IMG/VR virus record: IMGVR_UViG_3300044698_000251
Span: 822 to 64,821 of that record
DNA: 64,000 nucleotides
Strand: one strand, 5' to 3'
Source: a virus
Shown: piece by piece, positions 25,948 through 34,286 of the stretch
Layout of the letters: every line of letters starts with the position of its first letter
How positions within the stretch are numbered: the first letter of the stretch is position 1
Translations under genes and position numbers: made by a program
Notes under the pieces: generated by a model
Told to the model about the DNA's origin: nothing
Databases searched by the model: none
What the model saw: the letters and a program-made list of their open reading frames with translations, nothing else

Positions 25948-26493
25948 GTGGCCTGGACCGCACCCATGACAGCCGTCGCAAATAGCATTTTCACCGCTGC
26001 GCAGTTCAATCAGCACGTCCGCGACAACCTGAACGAAACCGCGCCCGCCAAAGCCGTCAACGCAGGCGGCTACTTCGTCACCACCGGCGTCAACGCCATC
26101 GCCGAACGCACCGTCGCCTTCGACTTCGTCAACGCGAGCGAGTCGACCGGATCAACATCGTTCACCGACCTCGCCACCCCCGGACCAGCAGTCACCGCAA
26201 CGACCGGACCGATGGCACTCGTCATCGTGTACGGCCTCGTCTCCATCGACACCGCAGGCGTCAGCGCAGTAATGAGCTACGACGTCACCGGCGCCACCTC
26301 CGTCGCCGCATCCGACACCAGGTCCGTCAGCTACCAGCCGCCCAGCGTGGCCGCCGCCCGCTCCCTGCGCGCCTCCGCCATGACCGTGCAGGACGCCCTC
26401 ACTCCGGGCTCGAACACATTCACCGCGAAATACCGGGTGACTGGCGGAGCAGGCAACTTCAACAACCGCCGCATCGCGGTCCTCCCCCTCTAG
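25948..26493 (+). CDS. Minor tail protein, paralog A
   Basis: MAWTAPMTAV...FTAAQFN.HVRDNLNETAPAKA; LTPGSNTFTAKYR. Confidence 0.7.
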   Translation: MAWTAPMTAVANSIFTAAQFNQHVRDNLNETAPAKAVNAGGYFVTTGVNAIAERTVAFDFVNASESTGSTSFTDLATPGPAVTATTGPMALVIVYGLVSIDTAGVSAVMSYDVTGATSVAASDTRSVSYQPPSVAAARSLRASAMTVQDALTPGSNTFTAKYRVTGGAGNFNNRRIAVLPL

Positions 26494-26504
26494 GAGCAGC
26501 AGCG

Positions 26505-27047
26505 ATGGCGTGGACCGCACCCATGACGGCCATCAGCGGCAGCGTGTTCACCGCCGCCCAGTTCAACACTTTCGTGCGCGACAACCTCAACGAGACGGCA
26601 CCCGCGAAGGCCACGACCGAGGGCCGGTACTTCGTCGCCGGCGGCCCGAACAGCATCAGCGAACGCGCCTGGGACACGGACATCATCAACACCATCGAGT
26701 CCACCAACTCGACCTCGTACACGGACCTGACCACTACCGGACCGTCTGTCACCCTCACCACCGGCACCAGCGCCTTCGTGTTCGTCACCGCCCAACTCGT
26801 GTGCGACACCTCCGGCCAGACCGCCCGCACCACCTTCGCTGTCTCCGGGGCGACGACCCGTGCGGAGCTGGACTCCGAGGCCCTGCTGAATCTGCGGGTA
26901 GCCACCGGCAACGACCAGCGGTCCAGCGTCCTGTCCGGCGTCGGCGGCCTCACTCCGGGCAGCAACACGTTCACGATGAAGTACCGCACTTCCGGCGCAT
27001 CCATCAGCACCTTCGGCAACCGGCGCATCCTCGTCATGGCGTTCTGA
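26505..27047 (+). CDS. Minor tail protein, paralog B
   Basis: MAWTAPMTAI...FTAAQFN.FVRDNLNETAPAKA; LTPGSNTFTMKYR. Confidence 0.7.
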   Translation: MAWTAPMTAISGSVFTAAQFNTFVRDNLNETAPAKATTEGRYFVAGGPNSISERAWDTDIINTIESTNSTSYTDLTTTGPSVTLTTGTSAFVFVTAQLVCDTSGQTARTTFAVSGATTRAELDSEALLNLRVATGNDQRSSVLSGVGGLTPGSNTFTMKYRTSGASISTFGNRRILVMAF

Positions 27048-27062
27048 AAGGCAGCCCCACCC

Positions 27063-28133
27063 ATGTCCGTCCCCTACCTCGCGAACACCGGCGGCTACAC
27101 CGCCTACCGCATCCCCGTCCTCACGGTGGCACCGGACGGCTCGCTGCTGGCGTTCGCCGAGGGACGCAAGAACAGCACGAGCGACTTCGGCGAGATCGAC
27201 ATCGTGTGCCGCCGCTCCACCGACGGCGGTGCGACGTGGGGACCGCAGTCGGTCGTCACCAGCCACGGAGCGAACACGGCAGGCAACCCGGCTGTGGTCA
27301 CCGACCCGGTATCCGGGGACCTCATCCTCCTGTCGTGCGGCAACGTCGGCGACACCGACGAGGTCGAGGTCATGAAGGGCCTGGCGACCCGGCAGGTGTA
27401 CGTGCAGCGCAGCACGGACAGCGGCGCCACCTGGACGACGCCCGTCGACATCACCACGCAGGTGAAGGCGTCGTGGATGCGCTGGTACGCCACCGGTCCG
27501 GGCCGCGGCGTCGCCGTCACTGGGGGCGCGCACGTCGGACGCCTGGTGATCCCTGCGAACCACTCCCGCACGCCAGCCGCAGGCAGCCCCGATACGGGTG
27601 CGGAGTCCAAGTATCTGGGCGCGCACGGCCTGGTGAGCGATGACGGCGGCCACACCTGGAGCATCACGTGGACGAGCTCTAACCCGACAGGCGGCCTCAA
27701 CGAGAACGAGACCGCCGTCGCCGAACTCGCGGACGGCCGCCTGTACTTCAACGCCCGGGACCAGAACGGCACCGTTGCGGGCACCCGCGCCGACACCTGG
27801 TCGGCGGACGGCGGCACGACGGTACAGTCCGCATTCCTGGTGCAGGGGACGATCACCACACCGGTCGTCCACGGCAGCCTGTTGCAGGTGCCGGGCGGGC
27901 CGCTGCTGTATGCGGGGCCGGAGCATCCTGACGGCCGGGTCGCGATGGCGATCCGCCGATCCGACGACGGCGGCCGTACCTGGTGGACGTGCCGCCGGAT
28001 CTCGGGGCTGCATGCCGCGTACTCGTCGATGGCGATGCTCGACGCCAGCACGGTGGGCCTGCTGTACGAGACCGGGGACTGGACGCCTTACGACCGCATC
28101 GAGTTCGTTGCGGTGCCGGTCGCCGAACTCTGA
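27063..28133 (+). CDS. GH33 sialidase/neuraminidase-family six-bladed beta-propeller
   Basis: YRIP motif, AEGR, Asp-boxes STDGGATW, STDSGATW, SDDGGHTW, SADGGTT, SDDGGRTW; NE, NAR, AYSS, LLYE. Confidence 0.9.
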   Translation: MSVPYLANTGGYTAYRIPVLTVAPDGSLLAFAEGRKNSTSDFGEIDIVCRRSTDGGATWGPQSVVTSHGANTAGNPAVVTDPVSGDLILLSCGNVGDTDEVEVMKGLATRQVYVQRSTDSGATWTTPVDITTQVKASWMRWYATGPGRGVAVTGGAHVGRLVIPANHSRTPAAGSPDTGAESKYLGAHGLVSDDGGHTWSITWTSSNPTGGLNENETAVAELADGRLYFNARDQNGTVAGTRADTWSADGGTTVQSAFLVQGTITTPVVHGSLLQVPGGPLLYAGPEHPDGRVAMAIRRSDDGGRTWWTCRRISGLHAAYSSMAMLDASTVGLLYETGDWTPYDRIEFVAVPVAEL

Positions 28134-28194
28134 CGGCTGCAGCCCCGCCGCCTCGCGCCATCCGGCCGGGGCATCTCACGCCCTGGAGGAACTC

Positions 28195-28464
28195 ATGGAT
28201 TTCGGTGAAGCGCTCAGCGCACTCAAGGACGGAGCCCGCGTGACCCGGGCCGGATGGAACGGTCAGGGCATGTTCGTGGTGCACCAGAAGGGCTATCCGG
28301 ACGGCATCCCGATCAACGCCAACACGGCCGAAGCGACGGGCATCCCGCAGGGAACGGTGTGCCGGTTCCGGCCGTACCTGATGATGAAGACGGTGGACGA
28401 CGAGTTCGTCCCCTGGGTCATCAGTCAGACCGACGCGCTCGCCGAGGACTGGGAGCGCGTCTGA
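28195..28464 (+). CDS. DUF2829 (Tad2-like) protein
   Basis: GGAGG RBS; MDFGEAL.ALK.G.RV.R.GWNG.GMF, PYLMMKT, VPW..SQTD.LAEDW. Confidence 0.85.
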   Translation: MDFGEALSALKDGARVTRAGWNGQGMFVVHQKGYPDGIPINANTAEATGIPQGTVCRFRPYLMMKTVDDEFVPWVISQTDALAEDWERV

Positions 28465-29378
28465 TGGCCACACCGCTGTCCGCTGACCGGATGCTCGCCG
28501 CCCTGCGCGCCGAGGGCCTGACGGTGCGCGAGCACGCCGGGTGGAGAACGCATAGCCGGGACGACGAGACGGGCAAAACGTTCGGCCCCGTGATCGGCGT
28601 ACTCATCCACCACACGGCCGGGCACGACGACCGCGAGCTGTGCTTCAACGGCCGCCCAGATCTGCCGGGCCCGCTGAGCCACGGCTGGCTGGGGAAGACG
28701 GACGGGCTGTGGCTGCTCGGCAACGGGCGCACCAACCACGCCGGGTCCGTCGATCTGGACGTACTGAACGCGCTGCTCGCGGAGACATCCCCGCTGCCGG
28801 TGGACGACGAGACCAACGCGGACGGCAACGACTGCCTGTACGGGCTGGAGATCGAGAACCGCGGCAACGGTGCGGACCCATATCCGGCCGGGCAGTACGA
28901 CGAGGCGGTGCGGTGGGCGGCGGCATTGTGCCGGGTGCACCGCTGGTCGGAGCGGTCGGTGGCCGGGCACAAGGAGGTCCAGCCCGGGAAGGTCGACCCG
29001 AGCTTCGACATGAACGGGTTCCGGGCCGCGGTCGCCGCGCGGCTCGCGCACGCCCCCGACTGGAATCCGAACGAGGAGGACGACGTGACTCTGACCGCCG
29101 ACGAGTTGAAGGACATCGCCAAGGCCGTCTGGGCTCACCGCCTGACGAGCCCGACCGCAGCCGCAGGAACGGACCCCACCCGCGAAGCAGGGACGTTCCT
29201 CCGCTGGAGCGACGCCCGGCAGGCCCAGCTCCTCGCCGAGCTGGGCGCCCTGCGCGGCACGGTGCTGGCCCTCGCGGAAGCGGGCGGCCTGGACGCGACA
29301 GAAGTACTGGCCGCGGCGGAGGCCGGCGCACGGACCGTGCTGGCCGAACTCGGCGACGCACTCACCGGAGGGAACTGA
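28464..29378 (+). CDS. Endolysin, N-acetylmuramoyl-L-alanine amidase (Amidase_2)
   Basis: VLIHHTAG, GRTNHAG, GLEIEN, GHKE..PGKVDP zinc-amidase motifs. Confidence 0.9.
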   Translation: MATPLSADRMLAALRAEGLTVREHAGWRTHSRDDETGKTFGPVIGVLIHHTAGHDDRELCFNGRPDLPGPLSHGWLGKTDGLWLLGNGRTNHAGSVDLDVLNALLAETSPLPVDDETNADGNDCLYGLEIENRGNGADPYPAGQYDEAVRWAAALCRVHRWSERSVAGHKEVQPGKVDPSFDMNGFRAAVAARLAHAPDWNPNEEDDVTLTADELKDIAKAVWAHRLTSPTAAAGTDPTREAGTFLRWSDARQAQLLAELGALRGTVLALAEAGGLDATEVLAAAEAGARTVLAELGDALTGGN

Positions 29379-29381
29379 CCC

Positions 29382-29576
29382 ATGAAGATCTCGAAGTACT
29401 GGAAGGCCGTCGTCGCCGCGCTCGCGGCCGGGGCCGGAGCTGTGACCACGGCAGCGCAGGACGGCCAGATCACCGGCGAGGAGTGGTGGACCGTCGGCAT
29501 GGCCGTCCTCGTCGCCCTCGGCTTCACGTGGGCCGTACCGAACAAGCCGTCGGCCGGAGAGGACCCGCAGGCATGA
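29382..29576 (+). CDS. Holin
   Basis: 64 aa, two hydrophobic helices, KYWKAVVA...GFTWAVPN, follows endolysin. Confidence 0.75.
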   Translation: MKISKYWKAVVAALAAGAGAVTTAAQDGQITGEEWWTVGMAVLVALGFTWAVPNKPSAGEDPQA

Positions 29577-29869
29577 GCAGTCCCTTGGACGGACGGATCC
29601 GCTCCATCGCCCGCGAGGAAGCCACCGCTCTCCTCGGCGTCCCCGGCGGGGTGCAGTCGGTGGCCGGTTCGGCGCCGACTGCGGAGCAGCTGCAAGAGCA
29701 GATCACCTACCTGCACGAACACCTGCACCTGGCGGCTACCAAGCTCAGCAACGCGGAGGAGCGCATCCGTGCGCTGGAGAAGGCGGCCGGGCATGCGGAG
29801 TCGGAGGAGCGGCCGACGGCACGGCGGACGCCCCGCAAGACGGATAGGGGTGCACCCGCTCCGGAATGA
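29573..29869 (+). CDS. Coiled-coil hypothetical protein
   Basis: ATGA coupling; heptad LQEQITYLHEHL..AEERIRALE. Confidence 0.6.
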   Translation: MSSPLDGRIRSIAREEATALLGVPGGVQSVAGSAPTAEQLQEQITYLHEHLHLAATKLSNAEERIRALEKAAGHAESEERPTARRTPRKTDRGAPAPE

Positions 29870-29893
29870 TCTACGCCGGGCGGCTCTTACCGT
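29861..29893 (+). promoter_or_regulatory. Late-promoter-like motif, leaderless for glycosyltransferase
   Basis: CCGGAATGATC-N16-TACCGT-N7-GTG(29901). Confidence 0.75.
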
Positions 29894-29900
29894 CCGGCCC

Positions 29901-30947
29901 GTGAAGACCCTCGTGTACCCGTCAGATTCCTTCGGCTGCGGCTCGTTCAGGGCGATCTGGCCTGGCGGACTCCTCGCTGCCGCCGGGCATGACGTGGAGG
30001 TGGTGCGCCAGAAGGACCGGCGCGTCCGCCTCGTGATGGAAGGCAACGCGGTCAAGGACGTCCTCGTCGACGCCGACGTCGTCGTACTCCAGCGGGTCAC
30101 GCACGCCTATATGGCGCAGGCTGTCGGTGTGATGCGGGCGAAGGGCGTCACGGTGGTTGTCGACGTGGATGATGATCTGTCGTCGATTCATCCGTCGAAT
30201 CCGGCGTGGGCTGTGCACCGGCCGGGCGCCGGGCTGCATTCGTGGCACAACCTGGCGCTCGCCTGCCGGGAGGCGTCGCTGGTGACGGTGTCGACCCCGG
30301 CGCTGCTGGACGTGTACGCCCGTCACGGGCGCGGGCATGTGCTGCCGAACTATCTGCCGGACCAGTACTACGGGCTGCCGCGTACGGACTCCGACGTGAT
30401 CGGCTGGCCGGGCTCAATCCACTCGCATCCGAATGATCCGGAGGTGGTGGGCGGGGCGGTCGCCCGGCTCGTAGATGAGGGCGCCGAATTCGTGATGCGC
30501 GGTGACTCGACGGGCGCCGGGCGGGCGTTCGGGCTGGCTGCGGATCCGGCGGGTGGCGGGGTGCCGATCGAGGAGTGGCCGCAGTCGGTGGCCTCGTTGG
30601 GGATCGGGATTGCCCCGCTTGCGGACACGAAGTTCAACAGGTCGAAATCGCATTTGAAGCCGCTGGAGATGTCAGCCTGCGGTGTGCCGTGGGTGGCGTC
30701 GCCGCGTGCGGAGTACCGGCGGCTGCATGTGATGGGTGCGGGTGTTCTCGCTGACCGGCCGCGTACGTGGTATCGGGAGTTGAAGCGGCTGCGGGAGTCG
30801 GCTGCGCTGCGGGCGGAGTTGTCGGAGGCGGGGCGTGCGGTGGCCGAGCAGCTCCGGCTACGGGATCACGCCTGGCGTTGGGCCGATGCCTGGCAGCGGG
30901 CGTACGAGATGCAGCAGGCTACGCCGCGCACGGCGGTCCCGGCGTAG
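29901..30947 (+). CDS. Glycosyltransferase, GT-B fold (family 4-like)
   Basis: DVVVLQR, VVVDVDDDL, VTVSTPAL, VLPNY, IGIAPL....FN.SKS.LKPLEMSACGVPWVAS. Confidence 0.85.
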   Translation: MKTLVYPSDSFGCGSFRAIWPGGLLAAAGHDVEVVRQKDRRVRLVMEGNAVKDVLVDADVVVLQRVTHAYMAQAVGVMRAKGVTVVVDVDDDLSSIHPSNPAWAVHRPGAGLHSWHNLALACREASLVTVSTPALLDVYARHGRGHVLPNYLPDQYYGLPRTDSDVIGWPGSIHSHPNDPEVVGGAVARLVDEGAEFVMRGDSTGAGRAFGLAADPAGGGVPIEEWPQSVASLGIGIAPLADTKFNRSKSHLKPLEMSACGVPWVASPRAEYRRLHVMGAGVLADRPRTWYRELKRLRESAALRAELSEAGRAVAEQLRLRDHAWRWADAWQRAYEMQQATPRTAVPA

Positions 30948-30961
30948 CCAACGCAGGGCTA

Positions 30962-31204
30962 CTACTGGTCGGCGATCGACACGCCAGAGAGGAAGTTGCC
31001 CTGCGGGATGACGCCGTCCGGGACCTCCAGGGTGAGGCGGACTTCGGAGCCGTCCGGAGAAACCTCAGCGTCTACGATCTTGCAGTTGTCGATCCGCTGC
31101 CCGTCTGCCTTCAGCGGGACCGTCTTGCCGATCTGACTGTCGAAGCAGCCGGGCGCGAACTGGCTGTGGGCCGGGGCCTGCTGAGCGATCTGCACAGTTT
31201 CCAT
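30962..31204 (-). CDS. Hypothetical protein
   Basis: GGGAG RBS, 80 aa. Confidence 0.6.
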   Translation of the reverse strand: METVQIAQQAPAHSQFAPGCFDSQIGKTVPLKADGQRIDNCKIVDAEVSPDGSEVRLTLEVPDGVIPQGNFLSGVSIADQ

Positions 31205-31243
31205 TGCTGACTCTCCCGTTGATGAATGGCCTGTCGGGTACGA

Positions 31244-31657
31244 CTATGCCGCACTCGCCGGTAGCGGTGTGGCCGCAATCGGTTCCTCGCGCACGTCACG
31301 GATCCACGAGATTCCACACGCGATGCACAGTTCGTGCGGGTCGTCGTACACGAGGGACGTGGCCAGACACAGCGGGCACTTCGCCCGCGTCCGCACCCGC
31401 TTCAACTGCCCCCGCTGATACGTGGTCGTGCCACCCCAGTAGCCCTCCGCACCGTGGAGCATCGCCCACGCCAGGCACTTCGTACGGACCGGGCAGGTGC
31501 GGCACCACTGCTGCGCGATGTTGACGCCTTCGTCGGTCTCCTTGTCGGGCACGAAGTCGAAGCCGCTACTGACGCAGGGAGCGCCCGCCTGCCACTCGGT
31601 TCCTTCGGCGCTGACCGGGGTGAGGATCTTCTTCTCGATCACAGCTTCCCCGTCCAT
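31244..31657 (-). CDS. WhiB-family Fe-S transcription factor with C-terminal zinc ribbon
   Basis: APC...CRTCPVRTKC, GYWGG; C-terminal CPLC...CIACG. Confidence 0.82.
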   Translation of the reverse strand: MDGEAVIEKKILTPVSAEGTEWQAGAPCVSSGFDFVPDKETDEGVNIAQQWCRTCPVRTKCLAWAMLHGAEGYWGGTTTYQRGQLKRVRTRAKCPLCLATSLVYDDPHELCIACGISWIRDVREEPIAATPLPASAA

Positions 31658-31872
31658 GCGGGATCTCCGCGCCCGGACCGTGTGCAGGCTGGGCAGATGC
31701 CGCGCCAAAGACCCGGCCTGTCTGGGTCGGGAATCGCGGAAGGCTTCCCGTCACGGTCCTTCCACTCATGGCCGCCGGTGAATCTGCCGCACAACGTGCA
31801 CGGCAGCCAGAAGTATCCGAACGCGCCTGCGTACCAGCGGTGCAGGAACCGGGGCAGCACACTGATCTTCAC
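31639..31872 (-). CDS. Small Cys-rich hypothetical protein
   Basis: GYFWLPCTLCG...GICPAC. Confidence 0.55.
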   Translation of the reverse strand: MKISVLPRFLHRWYAGAFGYFWLPCTLCGRFTGGHEWKDRDGKPSAIPDPDRPGLWRGICPACTRSGRGDPAWTGKL

Positions 31873-31882
31873 GGCTCGCTCC

Positions 31883-32134
31883 TCAGGGGCACGGGGTGCC
31901 GTCGTTGACGGACCACACGATCACGCCGCGCTCCTCGTCGAGGCACCGCTCGACCCGGCCAGCCCGGCGCAGGCGTCCGAGGGCGAGGGCGACGAGGTCG
32001 GTGGTGAGGCCGGTCTGCTCGGCGAGCTGGCCGCGCGAGCGTGAGCCCTGGGCGAGGAGTTCGTAAAGCTGTTCGTCGCGGGCGATGGTTTCTGGGGAGC
32101 GGGGGCGTCCTCTACGGGGTGCGGTCTGCTGCAT
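31883..32134 (-). CDS. Winged helix-turn-helix DNA-binding protein
   Basis: RGRPRS basic hook; LYELL..SRGQLAEQTGLTTDLVALALGRLRRAGRV. Confidence 0.7.
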   Translation of the reverse strand: MQQTAPRRGRPRSPETIARDEQLYELLAQGSRSRGQLAEQTGLTTDLVALALGRLRRAGRVERCLDEERGVIVWSVNDGTPCP

Positions 32135-32202
32135 GATCTGCTCACATTCATTTCGGCGAGCGACTGAATACCATTATGCAGAAGGGTGCAAGTCAGCCGT
32201 GG

Positions 32203-32235
32203 CCGGAATGTGCCAGACAGCCCGCATGTGACACT
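32203..32235 (+). promoter_or_regulatory. Late-promoter-like motif
   Basis: CCGGAATGTGC-N16-GACACT upstream of GGAGG-ATG 32283. Confidence 0.6.
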
Positions 32236-32282
32236 CCCGTTCGAACGGCCCGCACAACGGGGCCTGCACGACGGAGGACCCC

Positions 32283-32531
32283 ATGGACCTGATCATCTAC
32301 CTCGGCGGAGGCTCAGCCGCACTCCTCGCCATCGGCGCACTCGCCCGCGGTGTGTGGCGCGTCAACCGGCGCCTCGTCGTCATCGTGAACGCGGTGCGGG
32401 AACTGGCGCCGAACGGTGGCCACTCCATCAAGGACACCGTGACGCGCACGGAACGCAAGGTCGATGACACGGCGCGCGAGTTGTGTGAGCTGAAAGAACG
32501 GTTCAACGAGCACCTGTCGAGCGAGGCTTGA
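32283..32531 (+). CDS. Small membrane protein with C-terminal coiled coil
   Basis: GGAGG RBS; N-terminal TM, ELAPNGGHSIKD. Confidence 0.65.
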   Translation: MDLIIYLGGGSAALLAIGALARGVWRVNRRLVVIVNAVRELAPNGGHSIKDTVTRTERKVDDTARELCELKERFNEHLSSEA

Positions 32532-32590
32532 GCGTCGCCCCTGGCTGTGGTGTTGGATCCGCGCCGCCTCACGTACGCGTGAAGCGAGTT

Positions 32591-32618
32591 GGCCCGCTCC
32601 CCTTCGGGAGGGCGGGCC
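32591..32618. terminator. Hairpin between convergent genes
   Basis: GGCCCGC.TCCC-TTC-GGGA.GCGGGCC followed by TCTT. Confidence 0.6.
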
Positions 32619-32636
32619 TCTTCGCTGTATCCGAGC

Positions 32637-32825
32637 TCATGCCGCGTCGGCGACCGCACTCTCCACCCGTACCGCTGTCGCCCACTCCACCACCAGCCGC
32701 TCGTACTCCCGCCGCTCCCCGGGGGACGTCGGCCGGCCGTCGAGCCGCAGCCACAGGGCACGGATCTCGGCATTCACCACGGCAGCAGACCGCACGGAAC
32801 CACGGGACGGGAAGTCGGGGAGCAT
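32637..32825 (-). CDS. Small hypothetical protein
   Basis: RSAAVVNAEIRALW...REYERLVVEWA; downstream of int. Confidence 0.55.
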   Translation of the reverse strand: MLPDFPSRGSVRSAAVVNAEIRALWLRLDGRPTSPGERREYERLVVEWATAVRVESAVADAA

Positions 32826-32844
32826 GCAGACAACCCTACGACGA

Positions 32845-33738
32845 TCAAAGATCACCCAGATTCAGCCCCCGCGCCTCATCCGCGGCACGCTTCGCTGCTG
32901 TCGCCCGCGTATACCGATCGATCATGTCCCGGCGCGACCAGCCCGCGACCGCCATCAGGCCACCCTCCGACCCCCCACGTTGAAGCCACCTCCCGGCCGC
33001 CGTGTGCCTCAGAACATGAGGATGGAAACCCTCAAGCCCCGCGATGCCCGCGCGACGCACAAGGCTGTCATAGAGCCCGGAGTAGGCGATGCTCTTCCCC
33101 CTGGTCCCGAGCCACAGGTTCGGCGTGGACGCGAGCCTGTGGGGGCGCCTCAAACGCAGGTACCGGTCGACGGCCCGGCAGGTCTGCGGACCGACGGGGA
33201 CGGTGCGGCCCTTGCCTCCCTTGCCGCGGCGGACGATGGCCACGCCGGCGGCGAGGTCGATGTCGTCGGTGGTCATGGCGACGACTTCGCCGATGCGGGC
33301 GCCGGTCTCAATCATGAGGCGGATGATGGCCTCGTCGCGGCGCTCCCAGAAGTCCTTGCCTGCGCAGGCCTTGATGAGGGCCTTGAGCTGATCGTCGGAT
33401 AGCTCAGGAACAATTTTGCTATCGAGCTTGGGTGGTCTCAGGCCGACGAGCGGGTCTTCGTCGAGTTCGCCTTCTTCTTTGAGCCACGCGGAGAAGCGGC
33501 GCATGGACAACTGCCGGGAGCGGGCCGTGGCGGCTTCGGCTCCCTCGTCGAGGAGGTCGGCGATGAAGGCGTTGACGGCGCCTCGGGTGAGGTCAGGCTC
33601 TCTTTCGGTGCGGTCGCACCAGGTGATGAACCGTTTGACTCCGTCGGTGTAGGTCTTGATGGTCTGGCCGCTCTTGCGTTCGGCGCGTAGGTGCAGTGCC
33701 CAGGATTCGAGCAGGCTGTGCATCTCGGCAGCGTTCAC
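32845..33738 (-). CDS. int: Tyrosine integrase/recombinase (297 aa)
   Basis: AAGGGGG RBS; ETGARIGE (R), KGGKGR (K), HVLRH (HxxR), GW, RY (catalytic Y). Confidence 0.93.
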   Translation of the reverse strand: MNAAEMHSLLESWALHLRAERKSGQTIKTYTDGVKRFITWCDRTEREPDLTRGAVNAFIADLLDEGAEAATARSRQLSMRRFSAWLKEEGELDEDPLVGLRPPKLDSKIVPELSDDQLKALIKACAGKDFWERRDEAIIRLMIETGARIGEVVAMTTDDIDLAAGVAIVRRGKGGKGRTVPVGPQTCRAVDRYLRLRRPHRLASTPNLWLGTRGKSIAYSGLYDSLVRRAGIAGLEGFHPHVLRHTAAGRWLQRGGSEGGLMAVAGWSRRDMIDRYTRATAAKRAADEARGLNLGDL

Positions 33739-33802
33739 CAGGTCCCCCCTTGATGATCTTTCGAAGTGATATCTCCACTGGATCCGCCATGCTTGGCACA
33801 GC

Positions 33803-33843
33803 AAAGCGCCCCCGACCGAGAATGTAAAGGTCAGGGGCGCTTT
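33803..33843. terminator. Bidirectional intrinsic terminator upstream of int
   Basis: AAAGCGCCCC.GACC-loop-GGTC.GGGGCGCTTT. Confidence 0.7.
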
Positions 33844-33935
33844 CTAGGGGGAAGGTCAGTCAAGATAGTCGCGCACTACGCCCCCTTGAACGCCATGCTT
33901 GGGCTGGTGTTTCCTGCTCACCCCGAAAGGCCATG

Positions 33936-34154
33936 CTATGCAATACCCTCGGTTGAGGAATCCTTCCGCCTACGGGTGGCGGACGCGAGGCCCGTGTCCC
34001 TGGGGACAAGAAGTGTGATCGCTTCCAGCGCCGACTCCCTGTCGATCTGCTCGGGGTCGTACGCCGCGTAGAGGCCGCTGCGCCCCGGCCACACGACCAC
34101 GGGGCGCCCGGCTTCCAAGGCCTGCCGCTCAAGACGAATCTTTCCTCTGGTCAC
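33936..34154 (-). CDS. Hypothetical protein
   Basis: AAGGGG RBS; lies between repressor and int. Confidence 0.5.
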   Translation of the reverse strand: MTRGKIRLERQALEAGRPVVVWPGRSGLYAAYDPEQIDRESALEAITLLVPRDTGLASATRRRKDSSTEGIA

Positions 34155-34286
34155 ACGTCCCCCTTCTCCCGTCACTGCGAGGCGCCCGCGAGGGGTGCGG
34201 CAGGCCTGCGGTGGCGTAAGTGTCCACGAGGTGTGGTGACTTTACGCCGACCGATCAGGGACGGAAAGCGGTTCACCCAGGTGTGT

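Noticed and set aside
32531-32640. Possible tRNA-derived attP core near int
   Set aside because: No T-loop/CCA-like sequence recognisable; only a terminator hairpin and a short palindrome
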